From positions 224,192,001 through 224,256,000 of the forward strand of contig OX597814.1 of the NCBI GenBank assembly GCA_951406725.2: 64,000 nt of DNA, written 5' to 3'. This document shows, piece after piece, positions 54,902 to 64,000 of this stretch. The notes under the pieces are model-generated. The model searched no databases. It was not told where the DNA came from and saw nothing but the letters and a program-made list of their open reading frames with translations. A program made the translations under genes and the position numbers. Source of the DNA: Octopus vulgaris. Its lineage: Eukaryota. Position 1 is the first letter of the stretch. Every line of letters begins with the position of its first letter.

Positions 54902-55270
54902 ATGGTTTCAAATTTTGGCACAAGGCCAGCAAATTCGGGGAAGGAAGTAAGCTGATTGTATCGACCCCAGTGCTTACTTTAACAACTCCGGTAAGATGAA
55001 AGGCAACATCAATCTCGGTGGAATTTGAACTCAGACGAAATACCTATTTCTTTACTACCCACAAGGGGCTAAACAGAGAGGGGACAAACAAGGACAGACG
55101 AACGGATTAAGTCGATTATATCGACCCCAGTGCGTAACGGGTACTTAATTTATCGACCCCGAAAGGATGAAAGGCAAAGTCGACCTCGGCGGAATTTGAA
55201 CTCAGAACGGAGCGGCAGACGAAATACCGCAAAGCCTTTCGCCCGGTTTGCTAACGTTTCTGCCAGCTCG
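54902..55270 (-). mobile_element. Compound SINE family A (two copies with different tails)
   Basis: Full copy 55025-55270 joined to a partial copy with the AATTTGAAACC tail. Confidence 0.85.
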
Positions 55271-56005
55271 CAGTTTCGCTCTTGGCTGTATTAATCTTTC
55301 CCTTTCATCGAACATTCTCTAGTATTCAGCGATTTGAGCACGCTATATATTAGAAGTAAAAATTATAGCATTATTTTTGTAACGTATCAATCTATAAATA
55401 TTTATATTGGTATTTCTATGTTAATAACGTATTTCGGAGTAAAATGACGGGGGAGGAAACATCCCATAAGTTTAGAGGAAATCTTCAAATTTCTTCAATC
55501 GGAAATGACGGAAATGCGCACTCGAGTTCTTTCCTTACCTCATAACAAGAGTGTTAAATATAAATCTGTGCGTGGGTGTGGGTATGAGAAAAACTATATA
55601 TATATATATTTCGTATCTGGATTTGGCTTGCAAGATTCTTTATGTGGGTTTGTGTGTTGAATCATTCATTATTGAAAAGGTTGCAAGACGCAACGAGAAT
55701 TTTAGGAAAATAAAGAAAATAAGTGGAAATTTCATCGGTGTGTGTGTTAAATTATAAGGCACTAAAAGAGAATGACTCTCCCCAGACACAACAGTATATA
55801 TATATAGAGAGATAGGTTATGAGAGGTGATGGTGTCAGTGAGACCCAAAGGTGTCAGGCAATGCTGAATAAGTGCTATGGGTTGACCATAGTTAAGTTCC
55901 AGATTCGGTGATTATGCGAATAAGGGGTCAGTTTCCGCCAACTAAATCCTAAGGTCAGCACAAGTTTATCCCCCCCCCAAAAAAAAAGAAAAACAAACGA
56001 CACAC

Positions 56006-56075
<70 letters not shown>

Positions 56076-56424
56076 TATTTACATTTATGATGCAAAACAT
56101 CCTGCAGACTACGACAATCAATAAAATAGATATAAAATTTTAGAATTGATGCTTTCTGTGAGGATTGGTACAAAATGATATATGACCCTGTAAACAAATA
56201 AATAAATAAATGCATCTATGCATTGCATGTACATACACATATCAGGGACGATATAATCAGACATAAGGACAACATCTAGAGGTAGGGTTGAATGGGTGGG
56301 TACTGTAAGTGCGCGCGTGTGTAAATGTTTATTATTCCGAGAAAACACATTTGAAGTGCTTGTGTAAACGACTGTGAGTGTTTGTGTTGGTATTTTGCAT
56401 TTACCGCATCCATCCATCCATCCA

Positions 56425-56725
56425 TTGTAAGCTACACCAATGCTAGAACGGGACGACACTGCATAGTGCCAAAGATCCCAGCAATGCCATCACGCTTCAG
56501 GACCAGCTTCAGCAACTGCCTGGGTTTTAAGGGCCCACAGCTTTTTAATATTCTCCCAAAGAGTCTGAGTAGATGTAGATGTAGCAGTTTTTAAATCAAA
56601 GCTGGACATCTTCCTGTCAAGAGTCCCAGATGAACCTACCTCACGGCAAGAGGTGCAAATGAGAGTAGCTGTATCAAAATCCATTCTACACCAAGTGCCA
56701 CATATTAGACGAGGTTCTTCGCAAT
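56425..56725 (+). pseudogene. CR1-type LINE ORF2 3' end
   Basis: NARTGRHC.VP...SFSNCLGFKGPQLFNILPKSL...FKSKLDIFLSRVPDEP. Confidence 0.8.
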
Positions 56726-56787
56726 AACAGTGTAGCACAAAACGGCAGTGCATCAGCATGGCTGCAGCTCTGAGCTGAAACTAGAGA

Positions 56788-56863
<76 letters not shown>

Positions 56864-57163
56864 TATATAAATATATATATATATATGTATATATATATAC
56901 ACACATATACATACATAATTACATACATACAGATATATATGTGTGTATATATATATATACATTCGCACACATACATACAAGTATACATACATATGTACAT
57001 ACGTACATACATACACGAATAACGGGAAATTGTGCCTTTGTCTATGTCGAGTGTATGCGTTTTGCTTGTATATATATACATATGTGTGTATATTCACTTG
57101 GCAGTATAACAAAATACACGCATCTGTCTGTCTGCATGTCGGTCTCTCAATATATGTGTAGTG

Positions 57164-57197
<34 letters not shown>

Positions 57198-57373
57198 TGT
57201 GTATATATATATATATATATAAGTAGTTGAATGAATTATCTTAGTATGGATAATTCGGTTAACCGATACCTGGGTAGCAAATTCACGTCAGAAAAACACG
57301 GTTGAAGCTACAATCCAAGGGCAGAGATCACGTGCTTTCGTGTGGAAATTTGTGCGTTTTTTTAATACTAATA

Positions 57374-57582
57374 AATGAAAGAATGGAGTTGAGCGACGAT
57401 TTAACAAAATTCCTTTATTCTCGACATATGTTTCGAAGGCTGCATATTCCTAATTTCGAAGGAATAAGGGGTGCATTATGCCGCCTTCTCATCAGGAAAA
57501 ACAAGGAGCTTATGTCAGCATCAAGATGAACAAAAACTCTTAGATGACTGCCCACACGGAGTCCCAACTCCATTCTTTCATT
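57374..57582 (-). mobile_element. Mini PLE-derived element bounded by 18-bp inverted repeats
   Basis: AATGAAAGAATGGAGTTG (57374-57391) / CAACTCCATTCTTTCATT (57565-57582); homologous to the PLE terminus at 13470-13620. Confidence 0.75.
57418..57500 (-). ncRNA. Type I hammerhead ribozyme, intact core
   Basis: Minus strand TTTTC-CTGATGA-GAAGGC...GCCTTC-GAAAC-ATAT-GTC^GAGAA. Confidence 0.8.
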
Positions 57583-58443
57583 GATATATATATTGTGCAC
57601 GTTCGCGCACGCATACACGCATGCATGCACCACGCTCGTGGTTTGACCGACTAGATCTGTACGTATCTGGGGCCGGCGCGTGTCTTTGGGTTCTCCCACG
57701 CCTGTCGCCGCGGGACCACTCTTCCATCTTCCCCCCTCCGCTGCAGTTTTTTTTCTTTAACCCCCCTCTTTGTACACACACGCACACACATACACACACC
57801 CACTCACACACACACATTTGCATATATATATACATTACACTTACACACACTTCAAATTTACTTGCCATACACACAACTACGCACACTGGACACACTACTA
57901 CTCTACACACACACTGGCACGTTACATACGCCCCCACCCTTTCCCTCCTTCCCTTCTTCCCTCCTTCCTCCCTTTTTTTACCACTGACCACTCACTCGAG
58001 ACTTGCTATGTCATCTGTTCGCCCTGCACGCACTAACATATACATATTTTTTGGTTTTTTATCTCGCCTCACAGACACATACACACACGCACACGCACAC
58101 ACTCACACATACATACACACGCACACACACATACCTCCCTGTTTCTGATCTGCCTTTCTGACTTGCTAGGGTACCCCCACACACTCCTTTAATTCTACTA
58201 CTGCCTGCTACTAGCCACTGTCCACCATACACACACATACACACACACGCACACACTCACACACACACCCTCGTTTTCTCGTACACCTTTTTTACCATTC
58301 CCTCTTTGATTCAGCTCTCCTGTTTTTAAAAAAAATTTTCCTCCTTTTTTACTACTTCCGTCTTTTCAGTATGTGACCTCGTGAAGACTACCTGCAATAT
58401 TTTTTCCTCTGTCCTCCCGTCTCGGGATCTTTCTTTCTCCTAT

Positions 58444-58478
58444 GTTTCCGACGAAGAGCTCCGCTCGAAACGTCATAC
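58444..58478 (+). ncRNA. Minimal hammerhead, extra-A family (U4->C), in a short element at ~58380-58575
   Basis: GTTT-CCGACGA-A-GAGC-TCC-GCTC-GAAAC-GTC^ATAC. Confidence 0.55.
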
Positions 58479-58569
58479 CCTCCTTCTTCCATTTTCCTGA
58501 GCGCCTAATAATAATAATACTGTAATTGTTCCACGTGTTGTTGTTTTTTCTGTTTTCCCGTTTGGATTA

Positions 58570-58631
<62 letters not shown>

Positions 58632-59495
58632 ATGAGGGGGAAAAATTTGATATTAATTTAATAATACCATCAATTTAACACCAAGTGGCTTAGCACATAA
58701 AACTAGGGAGATAATACAAGTTTATACATAAATTATAAGAGAGTTACCACTATATGGATAGCTCTAGTGCTAACAATAGCTCCGTTACTATATATTTATG
58801 TATATATAAACTTAGATAAACTTAGATATGTTTCGACCAAAGATTGGTCCAGGCCATGTCTAACTTAATTGCACCACCTGATATATATATCAGGTGATAT
58901 ATATATATGTATATATATACATATATATCAGGTGATATATATATATATATACACATTTTAACTTTAGTGTGGACACGTATGTGTGTGTTACTATCTACAT
59001 GTGTACACGCATGTGTGTGTGACGTGCGTATAAACACACACGCAGTGCTTAGCCATACACACACCACCTTTATATGTTTGTGTGTGTGTGTGTTGACATG
59101 TATATTCCTTACGTTGATATTCACTAAATACTTCTTTGTATCCGTACGTACTGCGTCCGTATAAGTATCATTCATTGGTCTCGGCCACAACTGTATAAAT
59201 TCCAGGCTGACAACCGGAAACAGATGGAACACGGGATCCGGCAATCAAATACTAAATATATAAACAAAATTTCACCATTCAAAAGGTTATTTTCATATGC
59301 TTGTTTGTATGCCATTGTTTTATCGCTTCTTTCCTATTAATATTCACTCTTCACATTGTCGTCTATCCTCGACCTAGTTCATTGAATCTCTCAATTTTTC
59401 CTCTTTCCAGTTTATACATACATGCATGCATACATACATACAAGCAGGCTGACAGAGAATCAGGCAGACAAACGGAAATGCATATTTTATACACA

Positions 59496-59546
<51 letters not shown>

Positions 59547-59596
59547 TTCTCCCTCCTTCTCTCTGTCTGTCTGTCTGTCTGTCTCCCAACTACAAA

Positions 59597-59715
59597 ATTC
59601 CGGGTTAAGTCCCAGTGCATGCACCTTGGGCAAGTATCTTCAACTATAGCCTCAGGCAGACCAAAGCCTTGTGAGTGGATTTGGTAGACGGAAACTGATA
59701 GAAGCCCGTTGTGTG

Positions 59716-59756
<41 letters not shown>

Positions 59757-59771
59757 ATTTATTTATATATA

Positions 59772-59807
<36 letters not shown>

Positions 59808-60060
59808 TGTATGTATGTATGTATGTATGTATACATGTATGTATTTGTATATGTGTGTTTATCTCGTCACCATCACTTGACAACCGATGTTGGTATGTTT
59901 ATGTCCCCCTAACTTCGTGGTTTCGCATAGAGATCAATAGGATAAGTACTAGGCTTACAATGAATAAGTCCTGAGGCCGATTTGTTCGACTAAAGGCAGT
60001 GCTCCAGCGTGGCCGCAGTCAAATGACTGAAACAAGTACAAAGGATAAAAAGATTAAAAG
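59597..60060 (+). mobile_element. SINE family C, 5'-truncated, long internal microsatellite
   Basis: Homology to 37682-38100. Confidence 0.85.
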
Positions 60061-60130
<70 letters not shown>

Positions 60131-60158
60131 CAAAATAAGCAACAAGATATCAAGAAGT

Positions 60159-60248
60159 TATGCAGTACGACCGTTTCAAGCAACTCCAATTAAATGAACA
60201 AAGCAATCATTACATCAATTTAAACGCAGGGCTATCATCAGCTGCACA
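60159..60248 (-). ncRNA. Type I hammerhead motif
   Basis: Minus strand TGTGCAG-CTGATGA-TAGC...GCTT-GAAAC-GGTC-GTA^CTGCATA; 7-bp stem I, mismatch at the first stem II pair. Confidence 0.7.
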
Positions 60249-60300
60249 AATAAATATAATTTTGATCAGTCGGACACATTAATATAATTTTACTCAAATA

Positions 60301-60433
60301 CTTTAACAGAGCAATAAGATGGAAGAAATCAATGTTGTCGCTATTGTAGCTACTGCCTTTCTTGGAAGTGTAGTATATTCTTAGCTACAATAGCGACAAC
60401 GTGGATTTCTTCCATCTTCTTGCTCTGTTAAAG
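60301..60433. repeat. ~52-bp-arm hairpin next to the hammerhead element
   Basis: 60301-60352 is the reverse complement of 60382-60433 with about 3 mismatches. Confidence 0.9.
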
Positions 60434-60659
60434 GACTGTGACAACTATACATATACGCGCGCACTACCAAGTATATTAAAAGTTTACAAGTCAATATTGT
60501 CCCCTGTTTTGGTGTTAGCAGTGCAATGTACTCATTTTTTAATTTTATCTCTACAGACTTTCTATAGAATTCAGACCTAGCACTGAAAGTTCCAGTCTTT
60601 TATAGACGATTACGTTTATGTAAGCAATACGATCGAAGATGGAAAAAAAGGTAATTAGA

Positions 60660-60700
60660 GTATATACATATTTCAAGAGGTATTACTCTTTCATCAGTAA
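60660..60700 (-). ncRNA. Hammerhead-like motif with weak stem I
   Basis: Minus strand CTGATGA-AAGAG-TAATAC-CTCTT-GAAA-TATG-TA. Confidence 0.5.
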
Positions 60701-60740
60701 CATATCCAATCCATTAACTATCTACGAACGCATTGCTTAA

Positions 60741-61038
60741 CCTTCTTGGAACACCTGGGCCGACTGATCGGCCAAAGTGATACAAGCTGAAAAGACTTTG
60801 AGGTCGATCCATCGGACCGATGAAACAAACGTTTTGAAGTGTAATAGCCAATCGGAGATTGTCTTTTAGTAGATATAATATGAAACTATATAATATATAT
60901 AGTTTTACATACTAATAAAGTAGTTTTAGGCACTTTATCGTTTGTTTTCTACATGCATCCATCAATTTCAATCTTAATAGAAAAAAATGTATGGTCGTTT
61001 TGGCTACACATACCAAATCACCATGTGTCTCAAAAGAG
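60741..61038. mobile_element. Possible piggyBac-type MITE
   Basis: TTAA|CCTTCTTGGAACACCTGG ... CCATGTGTCTCAAAAGAG|TTAA, imperfect inverted ends. Confidence 0.4.
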
Positions 61039-61071
61039 TTAAATGCCCTTTAAGTTTGGCAGCATAGCACT

Positions 61072-61285
61072 TTGGATAGACCAATTTACTCATTAAACAC
61101 ATTCTTGGCAGCTGGTACGTAAATAGTAATCGCTGACAAGGACACAATATTTCATTTTGAAATCATAATATGCGACCAGGTTACGATATTGTGGTTACAA
61201 AACGAAATACTGTGTCTTTGCTAGCAATAAATATTTACAGACCGGCTGCCAGGAATGCGCTTTAGAAGTAAATTGGTCTATCCAA
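61072..61285. repeat. ~105-bp-arm imperfect palindrome (MITE-like)
   Basis: TTGGATAGACCAATTTACT...GGCAGC.GGT vs ACCGGCTGCC...AGTAAATTGGTCTATCCAA. Confidence 0.8.
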
Positions 61286-61674
61286 TAGTCTTACATCGCT
61301 AAACCACTTCTCAGTCGAGAAGTATTAGCATTCATTGAAAAGCGCCTCAGAAAAACTTTCAAGAGCTTCATTCATATAATCGGTTTGGAGAAATAAGCAC
61401 GTGTAATCATTATTTAGCGAGAAATTCAAAATTTTCGTAGTAATTATAGTGCCGAGAAAGTGCAAAAGATATCAGCTTTTTGGATACACATATCAGGCGG
61501 GTACAAGTTAATGTAGAGGTTTTGCGTCTGTAAATATGTGTGGTAAAGTAGGATTTAAATATTGATGTATATAGTGTTGCTTTACAGTCCCTTGTTTTAT
61601 TATAAATGCGTAATGAATATTGCCATAATGAGCGTAGTTTTGTACTATGTATTATATTTACAGTAAAAAAGTTC

Positions 61675-62226
61675 TTTTCTACTCTAGGCCTGAAACTTTT
61701 GGGGAAGGGGATAGTCGATTAGAACGACTCCAGTATGCAACTGGTACTTAAATTATCGACCCCGAAAGAATGAAAGGCAAAGTCGACTTCGGAGCGTAAA
61801 AACAGACAAAATACCTATTTCTTTACTGCCTACAAGGGGCACAGAGGGGACAAACAAGGACAGACAAACGGATTAAGACGATAATATCGACCCCAGAGCA
61901 TAACTGGTATTTATTTAATCGACTCCGAAAGAATGAAAGGCAAAGTCGACTTCGAAGGAATTTGAACTCAGAACGTAAAGACAGACAAAATACCTATTTC
62001 TTTACTACCCACAAGGGGCTAAACACAGAGAGGACAAACAAGGAGAGACAAACGGATTAAGTCGATTATATCGACCCCAGTGCGTAACTAGTACTTATTT
62101 AATCAACCCCGAAAGGATGAAAGGCAAAGTCGACCTCGGCGGAATTTGAACTCAGAACGTAACGGCAGACGAAATACTGCTAAGCATTTCGCCCGGCGTG
62201 CTATCGATTCTGCCAGTTCGCCGCCT
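61675..62226 (-). mobile_element. Tandem array of SINE family A (one full copy and two head-truncated copies)
   Basis: Repeated GAAAGGCAAAGTCGAC core at ~61775, 61935, 62120; joined at CAGACAAAATACCTATTTCTTTAC. Confidence 0.9.
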
Positions 62227-62324
62227 TGTTCACAGTAAAAAATTAAAATTATAGAAAGTGTCAACGGCCACCAGCTGGCTGCAACAAGAAGGCTGCGACG
62301 AAATGGGCTGCTTCTATTCTATAG

Positions 62325-62469
<145 letters not shown>

Positions 62470-63378
62470 CTATGTAACTTTGTACACAAAGTTTTTGGTA
62501 AGTATAACCCAACGATAGATATGCAGATGCGATGTTTGCTGAAAGAAGTCCGCTTAGGCCTAGCTACTTCACACTACACTGCTTGTCTCAGTTTTCTTTC
62601 TGGCTTGGTAGATCCAAAAGGTAGGGGAAATAAGTTCAAAATTTTAATTAATTAAAACTGATTAGAAACGGAATGCTGGGAGGAGTGATTTTGCTCTTTA
62701 TCTGTATAGTAATAGCTCCCGATATATTTAGATGTCGAACCTCAAGAGAGCACAGTCTAACTAACCACCACTGCTATAGGTATACAGATACAGTTTTTAG
62801 TGACTGGACATTAAATGGTGTAATATCCCAAAAGAAAGATTAAATGAATTATACTCTGGATTTTATGAAAAAAACAAAAAACAAAAAAAAAAAAAAAAAC
62901 GCAATATTTGTCGATGAGGAAAGAGTAATCACATTTTGGTATATTGAGAGTTATATATATATATATATATATTGGTATATTAGCGTCTGTGAGAGATCTC
63001 TTTCCCAAAATAATACTCTTTATTGTATCAGGATGAACAACCTGAAATCCTATAACATATATTTTCAGATGTAACAGCATAGCAAAATTATCTATTTCGC
63101 CCTTGTTATCTTGTTTCAATTTCTTTAAGGAAATATTCTGTTATTGCAATTGAAATTCCACATTAGAAAACGATAATGCAAAAACCATATGGCGTGTTAT
63201 AGCATACTGAAGAATTATTGACTTGCACAGAGTAAATCTGACACGATTTCCGATAAAAAAAAAACGAAAATCAGAAGTGTGTTAATATAGACATATCAGA
63301 CGGGTATCATTTAATGCAGAAGCAAGCTGAAAAGCTAAGGATTTACAATTGTCTTAGCTGCTAAATCATAAACATTGA

Positions 63379-63785
63379 GGATCTTTTCGGTTTGAACGGC
63401 AGTTTTTAACATAATTTCTAGGTAACTAAAAAATTTTAAACTTCGTATACTGGTTGAATGTGTTTATAAAACATCTTTTTCTCTTGGCTTTATTGAGAAA
63501 ATTCTATAGTTTGTAAGATATTTGTTAGTTTTTTTTCTTCAATTTCTGCAATTTCAACCAATCAATGACGTCTATTGAGGTAAAAAAGAAATTCTGCACC
63601 GTATGAATATGTCCCTCGTTTAAGAAACAGATTGGGTTTATTTACATTTCTGAAGAAAAAAGATACCCTTCCCCCCACCCCTAACCCTAACCCTAAAATA
63701 GATTGGAATGCAATAGATCGATACTAGGGTCATAATTATGGGTGACAATTTCATATGAGATCGCTAGAAAAAACTGCCGTTCAAA
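63379..63785. mobile_element. MITE with TIRs and internal (CCCTAA)n
   Basis: TTTGAACGGCAGTTTTT ... AAAAACTGCCGTTCAAA; CCCTAA units at ~63679-63696; homolog at 11864. Confidence 0.8.
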
Positions 63786-64000
63786 GATGCAGGGACATCT
63801 GTGTGCTATTGAAGCCAACGTTTTCTTTATTCTGGTGTTATATTCACTGATTACATGTTCCATGTTGCAAGTTCCAAGATACAAGTTCTCATCCGATATC
63901 AGCACATTTATGATAATGTTACCAGATGGGCTTCGAGTTATTTCTTGTAAGAACGCTTATCCTGAGCAGACTCCACCCCGATATCTATTGAGATTGTCAA

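Overview
AT-rich, microsatellite-dense eukaryotic non-coding DNA (intergenic or a large intron). The SINE families and base composition point to an octopus or other coleoid cephalopod genome; this is inference. I can support no intact host gene, and nearly all listed ORFs are microsatellite or SINE artefacts. The window is a dense collection of transposon remnants. These include three abundant tRNA-derived SINE families; non-LTR remnants (RTE, R4/Dong-like, CR1, L1/Tx1, an APE fragment); Penelope-like elements (PLE) with GIY-YIG domains; and DNA-transposon remnants (Tc1, mariner, hATm-like, pogo/Tc2-like and other MITEs, non-autonomous Helitrons). The most notable signal is about 14 minimal type I hammerhead-ribozyme motifs (CUGAnGA-stemII-GAAA-short stem III-NUH), found by eye in at least five unrelated short PLE-derived elements, mostly next to (TA)n tracts. 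Several have intact cores and one pair shows compensatory base changes. Coordinates were counted by hand and may be off by a few bases.
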